DNA of 64,000 bases from assembly GCF_011386835.1 (NCBI RefSeq), contig NC_088805.1:15562001-15626000 (forward strand), read 5' to 3'. The notes beneath the pieces are model-generated. The model had not been told where the DNA came from, ran no database searches, and was given only the letters and a program-made list of their open reading frames with translations. Positions 1-12,094 of this stretch are shown here, piece after piece. A program made the translations under genes and the position numbers. Source of the stretch: Chrysemys picta bellii. Its lineage: Eukaryota. Positions within the stretch are counted from its first letter, which is position 1. Each line of letters begins with the position of its first letter.

Positions 1-760
1 TCCACAGGCAGGGCCAGCGCACCCCACTGCACAGCCCGCCCCCTGCCCTCCAAGCTTCGCCCCCCGCCGGCCCTCTTCTTCCACGAGTGGCCCTATTGCA
101 TCACCGTGAGCCTCCCGCCGCCCTTCTCAAATTGCAAGCCACTCACATGCACCTTTCCCTCCCTCCCTCCCCCGGTGCCCCCCGCCTGGGTACCCCTGGG
201 GCCCCGCCCCTCGCGGCCCCCGTACCTGGCCGCAGCGGCTCGGTGATGCTCAGCACCAGGAGGAAGAGGAGGAGGAAGGTGCCGCTGTCCGCTTTGGGCA
301 CCATTTATCCTCCGTTCATCCTCCCCCAGCGCAGCACCATAAACCCGGGGGAAGGAGGGAGGAGGAAGCGGGAGGAGGAGGAGCCGCCGCCGGGCCGCTC
401 GGGCCCCGTCCGCACCGAGCCCCCCCCGCTAGAAGCCAGCGGCTCTCGCTGCTGTTGCTGCGGCTCGCCCTGGCACCCGGTCTGGGAGGAGGCGGGAGGC
501 TGGCGGGGGCGGCAGGAAGGTCAGGAACAGGCGCCGAGGGCCGCTCGCCTGGCTCTGGCTCCGGCTCCACACAAGATGGCGGCCGCACCCCCCCTCCGGC
601 CCCTCCTCCCCACAACAAAGACCGGCAGCCAATCAGCGCCGGGGGGCGGGGCTTTCGGGTGGTAATCTGCATATGCACCTCCTCACTAAGGTGAGGCGGG
701 GGGCTCTGGGCGCGCGGGTGTCCGCTTTGAACACGGGGAGGGGACGCGGCGGTTAAAACC
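1..760. promoter_or_regulatory. CpG-island promoter of DGCR2
   Basis: Very GC/CpG-rich; YY1 consensus CAAGATGGCGGC 572-583, CCAAT 629-633, GC box GGGGCGGGGC 643-652. Confidence 0.8.
226..304 (-). CDS. DGCR2: DGCR2 (integral membrane protein DGCR2/IDD) coding exon 1, signal peptide; remainder of gene lies left of the window
   Basis: Translates [26 protein letters not shown], matching the DGCR2 N-terminus as I recall it; ends at a CAG|GTACGG donor (79 nt, phase 1); lies in a CpG island; synteny with TSSK-ESS2-GSC2. Confidence 0.95.
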
Positions 761-1772
761 CCGGGGGGCTGCAGGATTCTGTCTTCACTAGAGCTCCAGC
801 CATTGCTACCCCTGGTGGAACTGCCACGGGGGGGAATCTACTGCGGACACAACCTGGGAAACTGACTAGTAGCTGCCACTAGGTTCCAGTATTGGTGTCT
901 GTCCATTCATCCTGCAAACAGTGAGGGGACTGGGGAAGAGATGGGACAAAACCATGTTCAGGATAAGTGCAGATGCAGAATTGAGACTTGGTTGCATCGA
1001 GTGCGCGTATATTATGATCTATTTCGTGGTTGCCCTCATCACATTGAGAACCCCAGATTTAATCTGCATTGAGTGCAAATCTTTGATTGGCTATCACCAG
1101 TATTAGAGACAACTTGGTCCTCCCCCTGCTACAGTATTTTAAATGAATGGTCTTTGAAGTGGTGTGCAGACACACACACCCCAAACATCTCAAATGGGAT
1201 GCTTTGTACACAATAGTGTTTAAAAATGAAAAGGACAATGAAATGTAGCTATGTCCGTCCCAGGACATTAGAGAGACAGCACCTCATCTCTCTGAGGACA
1301 ATGAAAGTCCCTCTAAAACTAAAAATCTGCTAGTAAGAATTGTAGCTAGTGGCCATCAGTCAGTTGCTGGGCTACCTGATTTAAAATCAGCTGGGGAGTA
1401 TGTAGTTTCTTTTTCACTATGATTTTTAATATAGGTTCTAATAGATCAGTGACTCAGTAAAGTAAGCTTTGAGGTGGCAAACAATCATTTCATAGTTAGT
1501 CCCTCAGTAGCCCTTCTGTAGGTCCAAATCCAGCCCAAGTACATTGAAGAGCAGGGGAACTCCCTGGGCCCAAAGGAGGGACAGAGTCTTCTCCATCAGC
1601 CATGGAGAAGGACTAATTATTATAATTATTTATATTGTGGTATCACTTAGTAGTTCCGATCAGGGCCCCTTTGTGCTAGGCACTATCCAAACACAACACC
1701 AAGACTTCCTGGAAGAGCTTACAGTCTAACTCATCTCTCCATCTATGCATTTATATCATGCTCATCACCATG

Positions 1773-1906
1773 TAGGGTGACCAGATGTCCTGAATTTATA
1801 GGGACAGTCCCGATTTTTGGGTTTTTTTCTTTTATAGGCTCCTATTACCCACGCCCCTCTCCCCCCCCCCGGCCCGAGTTTTCACACTTGCTGTCTGGTC
1901 ACCCTA
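1773..1906. mobile_element. hAT-type MITE (TAGGGTGACCAGA TIRs)
   Basis: TIRs TAGGGTGACCAGA...TCTGGTCACCCTA; perfect 8-bp TSD TCACCATG (1765-1772 and 1907-1914). Confidence 0.9.
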
Positions 1907-2669
1907 TCACCATGGTATCTGAGTACCTAGCTTTGTTACTATGTCATAGTACAAGTCATGAATGCCTAGAAAGATCTGTTGTGGTACTGGTAACAGCAGA
2001 TCCTCCAGTCTTGCCCCTCACATAGCCAGCCCCCATTTCCCCCTGTGCAGCAGCATGCAGGCAATTCCTGCTGATGTGCTATCTACAGAGGGCATTTACA
2101 CTCTTTGCAAGGTCTCCCCTGCGCAGTAGTTCCAATACCCACAAAAGAGTTAAAGCTGCTGCAATACAGCGTGCTGCAGTTTACTGATCATATATCCCCT
2201 GAATTACCTTTGTATGTAAACACTGACAATCACAAATGGCACTGACGACACAGAGCACAGTCAGCTGTTCAGAAGCCCCCAGTGCTGGGAGATATAACTC
2301 GACTGGAAAAATGCACATCTGAAAGCAAGGTCCCGCCTTGTATGGCTTTCTTCTTGCAAAAGATTGTATTTTTAAAAAATAATTTAATTCAATGAAATGT
2401 TAACTCCAGATAGGGGCCAGTTTGTGATACCATCACTCACAGTGAATACTACCTTACACTACAAGCCATCTGTAGTCCTTATGGAGTAAATAATGAATCA
2501 CTTTGAGTAAGGGAATCACAGTCTGTCCCCATGTTAGTGATGATTAAAGGTACCAACCTGACAATCATTGAGATTTAAGTTCTCTCTAGAGAACAGAAAA
2601 GTACAGGCAGTAGCAGTTCAACCTTCCTCGCCAATACATCTCAAGCCAGTCTTGGAAGTAGAGAGGCCA

Positions 2670-2845
2670 AGGAATAGGGCACCAGCCCAGGAGTCAAGAG
2701 ATCTTGGTTTTTATTCTTCACTCTACTAATGACTTACCATGTGACTTTGAGCAAGTCAGCATTACCTCTCTGGGCCTCAGTTTCTCAGTCAGCAAAATGG
2801 AAACAACAATTCCCATTTTTGTAAAGGACTGGTTTCATGACACAA
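2670..2845 (+). mobile_element. MIR/CORE-like SINE fragment
   Basis: Core-like GTGACTTTGAGCAAGTCA...TCTCTGGGCCTCAGTTTCTCAGTCAGCAAAATGG; a related copy lies at ~11160-11290. Confidence 0.55.
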
Positions 2846-4838
2846 TGTACACACTAAATATTGTTATGGAAACGGTTGGTGCTAAAGCATTGGATTAAGG
2901 TGCATCCAGATAGAGCAAGCAGGGGTCTGGTCATGGTAGGGGAATGGACAGTTAGAGCAGAATACAGTTTTCCGAGGTGGATCAACAGAGATGGAGGCAG
3001 CTGTTCCTGGCTAGTGGTGGACTGACCTGAGGTTTGAGGAGTTTCCTGTCCAGTCTTTGTGATCACTTATGAATTTGTTGTAAATAAATCAATCACAGGA
3101 AAGATACCTGACTCCACAATCCAAATTTCTCTCTCAGTGGAAACTGACTTGCTGCTACACCCTGAAATCGACTATCACTTGGCCAATTGGCAACAATATT
3201 ATTACTGTCTAACCTCTCTAAGGTATTCCTAGGGAGCCCATCGCCATGCTGTCTGAGCTACAATATGGGAGTGAGTGACTCCATGTTCTCAACATTCCTC
3301 TGCTGATACTGCCAACTCCCCAAAAGAGTTTTTCAGCATCACAGAAATCATGCTAACAATTTTACTGCAATCAAGTATCCAACACTGCCACATCATGCAT
3401 TAGTTTCACTGTATGTGTAGGCTCAATAATTACAAAAAGCATTACATTTTAAAGCAAAATAATATAAATCAGTTTGTTTTGTCATACCAGCGGTGACAGT
3501 TCATCCCAGGTGTCAAAGCCCATCCAGGAGGGAGAAAAGAAGAAAATATACAGGAAACTAATTATGCAATTCAGAGCATCTTGGAAATTAATCAAGCTGG
3601 TAAGGAAGGAGACTGGACTGCCTGGGTGCAGCAATACTTCCTGCAGTATCACCAATTGCAGACCTATAAAGCTGGGAGAGGAGAGTGAGTTTTAATTTCA
3701 GCAGGTTATTATGAATTAATTCTTTCCATTAAGATGTGTGCACACTATAAATGAGTAACCATGTGATCCTGATATAGAGTAGCAGTAACCACCCAATACT
3801 TAAGCAGAAGCTAGTTTCCCTTTGTAAGCCTAATTATTCAAACAACTGACCTCCCACTCTGCCATAATAAACCATTGTCTTGAAACTTTGCATGCCATGT
3901 CTCAGTCCTGCTTAGGGTTTTTCTGAGACATTGGGGGGGGGGGGGAATCAGAAAAGGCATTTTTAAATTATAATATCTAAAAATTGACTTCAAAGTTCAC
4001 TACCTGGCAGCCTGATGTTTGGGGGGTTTAAAGATGTGGAATGTTTGTAAGGTAAGTAATATTGCTTTGCAGAATAGCACAGTCCATGCAAACCCACTTT
4101 CAGCCTTAACTCCTTTCTAATGAAGCTTTCTGTGTTTGTTCTCCTTCTTCACTCCATCATACTCCTTTGGTTTGTTACTGTCACGCATTGCATCACATCT
4201 GTAATCAGACTGCGTGCTCCTTGGGGCAGGAACCAATGCCTCACACTATGGGTGCTGTCTAAAACAAAATAAACTATGCTTTTTATACAGCACCTTCCGG
4301 AACCCACACTAAGATCATTCCTGAGCTATGCTTCTTATAGTTTAAATGCCTGAAGGCTTGTATGACCTGTTGAGGATTAGTCTGTTAATAATTTGTTTAG
4401 AGTTAAGGGCCAGTGAGTATAGGACTGTCTCTTTGGTTCATAAGAGCAGGTGAAATCCTGGCCCCACTGAAGTCAATAGAAGTTTTGTCATTGATTTTGA
4501 TGAGGCCAGAATTGCACTTAATGTGCATACTGTTCCAATATATTTGTATACATCTATTGGGCTATAGTACAGCAATCCACTTGTATCTTTTTATTCGCCC
4601 TCTGACTGATTATGCCTAGTTTATAAGCAATATGGGAGAGACCGATCTCACACAGTGACCTGCTCTTAATAACATGCTACAATTTGGCAGGTAGATATAA
4701 AGTGATCAAGGAGGTTACTCCTTTTCCCACAGTAGCTTCTGCCACCTAAGTAAGAAGTCAGTAGTAACATGAACAAGTGCAACTCACTCCCTTGGTAAAA
4801 GGCGGGTTTCTGCTGGCAGGAATTGGCCATAGCCCAAC

Positions 4839-5246
4839 CAGGGCCGGTGCAAGGAAGTTTCGCGCCCTAGGCGAAACTTCCACCTTGCGCCCCTCCCCCC
4901 AGCCCTGTGGCAGCTCCCTGCCCCCCCTTCCGCCCTGAGGCGCTCCCCCCGCAGCACCTCCCACCCCCTGCCCTGAGGCGCCACCCCCCCCCCGCGGCAG
5001 CTCCCCACCCCAGCTCACCTCTGCTCCGCCTCCTTTCTAATTCTCCTCCCCTCCCAGGCTTGCGGCGCCAAACAGCTGATTGGCGCTGCAAGCCTGGGAG
5101 GCAGAAGAAGTGGAGCAGCGACCGCAAGCTCGGGGAGGGGGCGTAGGAACGCTGTAAAAAAACCTGGGGGCACCGCTTTTTGGTGCCCCCAAATCTTGGC
5201 GCCCTAGGCAACCACCTAGTTTGCCTTAATGGTAGCACTGGCCCTG
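4839..5246. mobile_element. GC-rich non-autonomous hAT element
   Basis: TIRs CAGGGCCGGTGC...GCACTGGCCCTG; perfect 8-bp TSD AGCCCAAC (4831-4838, 5247-5254). Confidence 0.9.
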
Positions 5247-5950
5247 AGCCCAACCCAAGAGACTGTTTTGCCCCCAACTGCCATTCTCAGAAACTTCTAA
5301 AACTCCAGGTTTGACCAGCCTTTTCCAGTGCTTGGCAGCCCTTTAAGAGAAAGAACTACCCTTAGAGATCACCCCCATTAGGTATCATTGCAGAGCAAAG
5401 TATGGTTAACCCTTCCCTGGCAGTTGGACAGGCTGTCCCTTCTGCTTTCCCAAGAAGTGAGAGAGCAAATCAGTGATGTTAATGTATATCTATACAGCAC
5501 AAGTTAGCATAAAGATATAAATACATTCCTAACTGCCATGTAGGACTGTTACAAATGGGTGCTGTACAGCCCAAAGAGAAGTTTGCAAGGTGTCTGCATG
5601 GCTGCACACAGATGCATGTTGCATTAATCAATTATCAGGAGACTTAACTGCTTCCAAATTCAATTTGGAGGGAGCAGGAAGCCAGAGTCTTAAGTTGCTT
5701 TGATCCACTCTGTGAAGCTGGGAGCTTGAAGTCACACAAAGGATTTGTTTGCTTTCTGGGAGGTCAGAGGAATTAATAAGAAAAAACTGGGGAGTTAATC
5801 GTGAGCTCAGCCTCTCCTACCTGACACAACTCTAGCTGAGGTGTGTAATGAAAATTCCCCAGAAGATCTAAAAGAAATGCAGAGGAAGTCTCCAGCCTGA
5901 TCTAAATCTCTGTGAAAGGTTAATACAAGGTATTTCCCGCCTGTCATAAT

Positions 5951-6353
5951 TAGAGCTGGTCAGAAACCAGAATTTCCACTCTGTGGGAAATTGACGTTTA
6001 AAACAAAATTAATTCAGAACCAGAATAAAAAGACAATATTTTGAAATTTCTCATGAAACAAGTTTTTCTTTGGTAAAGTTGAAAGTGTTGTCTCTGTTTT
6101 GACCTTGTTTATTTTGTTCTTGTTATATTATATTGTAATTTAAAATATAAATTTCAAACCAAAAAATCATTTCAAAGCAAAATGTTCTCATTATGGAACA
6201 TTTTGACCTTATCAAAATGCTTCATTTCCCTTTTTTTTTTTCAAAATTAAATGTTGTTGACATTGCCACCTTCCCTCAGACTGTTTTGATTTTGACAAAC
6301 CAACATTTTCCAACAGAAAACCGCTTGTGTCCGAAAATTTTCCACCAGCTCTA
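5951..6353. mobile_element. Old AT-rich hAT-like MITE
   Basis: TIRs TAGAGCTGGT...ACCAGCTCTA; decayed 8-bp TSD GTCATAAT/GTTATAAA (6/8). Confidence 0.65.
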
Positions 6354-6647
6354 GTTATAAAGTGCGTATAGTTCTGCCATTGCCTTTATAAAACATTTGT
6401 TTTCTTGTATTATATACCTGTAGCGTGGTTATATCAGACATAAGAAAAAGGCCTGGCCTCTCACTTCGTCTCTGCTGCTTCTAAGTCCTAAGGAACAGTG
6501 ATCATGGAAGGAGTGAAGCATTTTAATGTGACCATCTTTGAGGCCATCACTTTAACTTCAGAGAGGGATTATGGCAACAATCCTGAGCACTGAACATTAA
6601 ACAGGGTTAATTTGATGGCATGCTAATTATAGTTCACACTTTTATCT

Positions 6648-7460
6648 GTGCCAAGCAAAGTATTGTGTAAGATCATAGTCCAGTGTATATCAGAGGCAGT
6701 TGATAGCGTGCTCAGAAAAGAGCAATCTGGTTTTCGGAAAGGTCATGGATGCACAGACCAGATCTTCACTCTATGAAACATAATAGAACAGTGCTTAGAA
6801 TGGCAACGGCAACTCTACATAAATTTCATAGACTTTGAGAAGGCTTTTGATAGCATTCACAGGACCAGCCTATAGCGCATTCTTTCCTTATAATCAACGT
6901 CATCAAAAGCTTCTATTTCAATTTTACATGCAATGTTGATCCAGTGAGCTCAGTTTTCAAGTCAAAATAGGAGTATGTCAGGGGTGTGTCATGTCTGCAG
7001 TCCTCTTCAACATTGCCATCGACTGGGTAATGTGGCGTGCAACAGAAGACATGCCAAGAGGCATTAAATGGACACTCTTTCATCCCTTGAAGACCTGGAC
7101 TTCACAAATGATTTTGCTCTCCTATCACATACCCAACACCATATGCAAGAAAAAACAACTCAACTCAACTCATTCGGCCAGCAAACTGGACTGAAAATCA
7201 ACCACAATAAGACAGATATCATGACCTTTAATATTGCCTCACCATCACCAGTACGGATAGAGGATTATGTTCTCATCAGTATAGAAACATTCACTTACTT
7301 GGGCAGCACCATCAGCCAGGACGGTGGAACAAACCAGGAAATCTGGAACAAAATCAATAAAACCAGGAACACCTTCAGGAGCTAATGTACAGTCTGGAAA
7401 TCATCAAAATACAACACCAAAACCAAACTCAAGATTTAGCAGAGCTGCGTATTTTCAACA
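6648..7460 (+). mobile_element. RTE-clade LINE, 5'-truncated, left part
   Basis: Decayed RT motifs: EQSGFRKG..CTDQIFTL, FIDFEKAFDSIHR, LEDLDF(ADD-like)ALLSH; interrupted at 7460 by a CR1. Confidence 0.85.
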
Positions 7461-10400
7461 GTGTTGAGTGTTGAGACTGGCTAACCTAGTGATGAGGGCT
7501 TTAAACTAGGTTTGACAGGGACAGGTGAGCAAAGCCCATAGGTAAGTGGGGAACATGGAGACCTGGGAGATGGGTCGGAAACAAGAGGGAGCGTGGGCTA
7601 TAATGGCAGAGAGAAAGGAGGGTCGGGGCAAAATTGGGAGGCAAGATCAAACCAGTATCTTAGATGCCTATATACAAATGTGAGACGTATGGGTAATAAG
7701 CAGGAAGAACTGGAAGTGCTAATAAATAAATACAACTATGACATTGTTGGCATCACTGAAGCTTGGTGGGATAATACACATGATTGGAATGTTGGTGTGG
7801 ATGGGTACATCTTGCTCAGGAAGGATAGACGGGGAAAAGGGAGGAGGTGTTGCCTTATATATTAAAAATGTACACACTTGGACTGAGGTGGAGATGGACA
7901 TAGGAGACGGAAGTGTTGAGAGTCTCTGGGTTAGGCTAAAAGGGGTAAAAAAACAAGGGTGACGCCATGTTAGGAGTATACTACAGGCCACCTAACCAGG
8001 TGAAAGAGGTGGATGAGGCTTTTTTTAAACAACTAACAAAATCATCCAAAGCCCAAGATTTGGTGGTGATGAGGGACTTCAACTATCCAAATATATGTTG
8101 GGAAAATAACACAGCGGGGCACAGACTATCCAATAAGTTCTTGGACTGCATTGCAGACAACTTTTTATTTCAGAAGGCTGAAAAAGCTACTGGGGGGAAG
8201 CTGTTCTAGACTTGATTTTAACAAATAGGGAGGAACTCGTTGAGAATTTGAAAGTAGAAGGCAGCTTGGGTGAAAGTGATCATGAAATCATAGAGTTTGC
8301 AATTCTAAGGAAGGATAGAAGGGAGTACAGCAAAATAGAGACAATGGATTTCAGAAAGGCGGATTTTGGTAAGCTCAGAGAGCTGATAGGTAAGGTCCCA
8401 TGGGAATCAAGACTGAGAGGAAAAACAACTGAGGAGAGTTGGCAATTTTTCAAAGGGACACTATTAAGGGCCCAAAAGCAAGCTATTCTGCTGGGTAGGA
8501 AAGATAGAAAATGTGGCAAAAGACCATCTTGGCTTAACCACAAGATCTTGCATGATCTAAAAAATAAAAAGGAGTCACATAAAAAATGGAAACTAGGACA
8601 GATTACAAAGGATGAATATAGGCAAACAACACAGGAATGCAGAGGCAAGATTAGAAAGGCAAAGGCACAAAATGAGCTCAAAGTAGCTACAGGAATAAAG
8701 GGAAACAAGAAGACTTTTTATCAATATATTCAAAGCAAGAGCAAGACCAAGGACAGGGTAGGCCCACTGCTCAGTGAAGAGGGAGAAACAGTAACAGGAA
8801 ACTTGGAAATGACAGAGATGCTTAATGACTTCTTTGTTTCGGTCTTCACCGAGAAGTCCGAAGGAATGCCTAACATAGTGAATGCTAATGGGAAGGGGGT
8901 AGGTTTAGCAGATAAAATAAAAAAAGAGCAAGTTAAAAATCACTTAGAAAAGTTAGATGCCTGCAAGTCACCAGGGCCTGATGAAATGCATCCTAGAATA
9001 CTCAAGGAGCTAATAGAGGAGGTATCTGAGCCTCTAGCTATTATCTTTGGAAAATCATGGAAGACGGGAGAGATTCCAGAAAACTGGAAAAGGGCAAATA
9101 TAGTGCCCATCTATAAAAAGGGAAATAAAAACGACCCAGGAAACTACAGACCAGTTAGTTTAACTTCTGTACCGGGGAAGGTGAACACTTGGAAGGTGGT
9201 AAGGTGATAGGGAATAGCCAGCATGGATCTGTAAAGAACAAATCGTGTCAAACCAATCTGATAGCTTTCTTTGATAGGATAATGAGTCTTGTGGATAAGG
9301 GAGAAGCGGTGGATGTGGTATACCTAGACTTTCGTAAGGCATTTGATACGGTCTCGCATGATATTCTTATCGATAAACTAGGGAAATACAATTTAGATGG
9401 GGCTACTATAAGGTGGGTGCATATCTGGCTGGCTAACTGTACTCAGAGAGTTGTTATTAATGGTTCCCAATCCTGCTGGAAATGCATAACAAGTGGGGTT
9501 CCTCAGGGGTCTGTTTTGGGACCGGCTCTGTTCAATAGCTTCATCAACTACTTAGATATTGGCATAGAAAGTACGTTTATTAAGTTTGCAGATGATACCA
9601 AACTGGGAGGGATTGAACTGCTTTGGAGGACAGGGTCATAATTCAAAATGATCTGGACAAATTGGAGAAATGGTCTGAGGTAAACAGGATGAAGTTTAAC
9701 AAAGACAAATGCAAAGTGCTCCACTTAGGAAGGAACAATCAGTTTCACACATACAGAATGGGAAGAGACTGTCTAGGAAGGAGTACAGCAGAAAGGGATC
9801 TAGGGGTTATAGTGGACCACAAGCTAAATATGAGTCAACAGTGTGATGCTGTTGCAAAAAAAGCAAACATGATTCTGGGATGCATTAACAGGTGTGTTGT
9901 GAGCAAGACACGAGAAGTCATTCTTCTGCTCTACTCTGCGCTGGTTAGGCCTCAACTGGAGTATTGTGTCCAGTTCTGAGCAACGCATTTCAAGAAAGAT
10001 GTGGAGAAATTGGAAAGGATCCAGAGAAGAGCAACACGAATGATTAAAGGTCTTGAGAATATGACCTATGAAGGAAGGCTGAAAGAATTGGGTTTGTTTA
10101 GTTTGGAAAAGAGAAGACTGAGAGGGGACATGATAGCAGTTTTCAGGTATCTAAAAGGGTGTCATAAGGAGGAGGGAGAAAACTTGTTCACCTTAGCCTC
10201 TAAGAATAAAACAAGAAGCAATGGGCTTAAACTGCAGCAAGGGAGGTTTAGGTTGGACATTAGGAAAAAGTTCCTAACTGTCAGGGTGGTTAAACACTGG
10301 AATAAATTGCCTAGGGAGGTTGTGGAATCTCCATCTCTGGAGATGTTTAAGAGTAGGTTAGATAAATGTCTATCAGGGATGGTCTAGACAGTATTTGGTC

Positions 10401-10472
10401 CTGCCATGAGGGCAGGGGACTGGACTTGATGACCTCTCGAGGTCCCTTCCAGTCCTAGAATCTATTAATCTA
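7461..10472 (+). mobile_element. CR1 LINE: end of ORF1 plus nearly complete, frameshifted ORF2 (endonuclease-RT) and 3' end
   Basis: EN start CLYTNVRRMGNKQEELE; [44 protein letters not shown]; 3' terminal CTAGAATCTAT(T)AATCTA; several frameshifts and stops. Confidence 0.95.
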
Positions 10473-10912
10473 AAACACTACTTTATAGTGCAGGATGCTG
10501 GGGAATGAGAAAGTATGACGTGTCCAAACTGTCTTCATTCCATACAACCTGCCTCAGAAAAATCCTCCGTATCTTTTGGCCCAGAACAATCTCAAACCAA
10601 GATCCATTGACACAGTGCAGTCAAGAAGATCTGAGCACCATCATTGGCGGGAGGCAGTGGAGATGGATCGGTCATGTGCTTCGGATGGAAACGGATTCCA
10701 TCACCAAAGTAGCAATAAGATGGATACCTGAAGGCAAGCGAAAACGAGGTCACCCCAAATCAACATGGTGAAGAGCTGTGGAAGCCGAGCTGAAAAACGT
10801 GGGCACAGCTGGGGAACCATTTGAAAGACTTGCCAGAAACAGACCGGAGTGGAGGAGCTTTGTCACTGCCCTAAACACCAGAGGCATAATAGGAACATGA
10901 TGATGATGAATT
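10473..10912 (+). mobile_element. RTE-clade LINE, right part and tail
   Basis: Continues the RTE frame (CLRKILRIFWP, WRWIGHVLRM, GKRKRGHPKSTW) and ends in a (TGA)n tail. Confidence 0.85.
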
Positions 10913-11889
10913 ATAGTTCACCTCTAAAAGTAAGACACCAGCTCCCTTTTGATAGCTGGCTTTTGGGTCTGCTGTTGGGATTTTTAATATATAAGACTCC
11001 ACATGGACATGTTTACAAGACTTGTATCCAAAGCACATCTTGAAACACCTGTTGCAAATTCTGTAGGCCAGCTCCGAGGAATAGCTCACCTCTTTAGGAA
11101 TGCGGCAGTGGGTCTGGATTTTTAGCCATGATATGAAGGTATGGAGTTCAGGGTTTACGGCACCAGACTGGAAGTCAAAAGATCTGAGTTTTCTTCTGCT
11201 CTCTACTACTTGACTTTGGGCCTCAGTTTCTCAATCAGAAAAATGGGACAATACCACCTGCCTTTGTAAAGGGCTGGTTTCATGGATTCTGCCCCCAACA
11301 CGTACTGGTCTCACAACCGCCTAAACTCCCTGAAGTTTCCCCCCACTGTTCTGGGTTTGGCCAACCTTTTCCAGTGCTGGGCATCCCCAGCCACGCATAG
11401 CTGTTGTCTGTCACAAATACCTGTGATGGAGTTCCCAATATACATACTGAAGTGCTTATGTGATTGGGTCATGAACAGCAAGGAATGAGCATTGCCTTAT
11501 TTTTCCCCTTACAAAACCTCTCCTTCCTATGTACAAACCTGGCATCAGTACAGCTATCCACCCTAAGGATAGTACTTTAGACCAAATTAAAGGATGGGGA
11601 GATTTTTAGGCTAGAAAATTCAAGTGTGTAGAGGCACAGAGTAGCAGGCTCAGAAGCAGGGATAAATAATACCTAAGTACTAGGCTGAGCAAATAATTGG
11701 AATGAAGCGATTTTAGTTTCAAAACCAAACAGGAGATCTTTTAAAACCAACCTCTTTCCCCTTGCAAGATAGAACAATCCTCTATTAAGGAGTTCCAGAA
11801 CACGAGGTGATGTCTTTTTTCGTTGATGCATGAAACTTTATCATCCCTGTGCTTGGCTTTCACTTTATAATGCCACTGAATTATACAGT

Positions 11890-11960
11890 CTGTCACCACT
11901 CATGACAGCTTTGCTTTATGACCTCACCTGCTGACATCATCTATTAAACAATGCCAAGAG
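11890..11960 (+). promoter_or_regulatory. Putative proximal promoter of TSSK copy A
   Basis: TGACCTCA 11919-11926 and TGACATCA 11932-11939 followed by ATTAAAACAATG; homologous to the upstream modules of copies B and C. Confidence 0.6.
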
Positions 11961-12094
11961 GTTTCAGATCAGTAACCTCCAAAGGACTCAGGCACCAGAG
12001 TCAACCATCATGCAGTGCAAAGGAATACACTGCTAGCTTATGTACAGATGAGTTGTAGGTTTCACCTTCCGAGGCACTTGTTGCTTCTGGCACC

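Noticed and set aside
87-694. Long Pro/Gly/Arg-rich ORFs on both strands at the left edge
   Set aside because: By-products of a GC-rich CpG island overlapping DGCR2 exon 1; no recognisable domain.
8212-10387. 331-aa and neighbouring ORFs as a host gene or active retrotransposon
   Set aside because: They are pieces of CR1 ORF2 broken by frameshifts, stops and a small deletion near 9180; most of ORF1 is missing.
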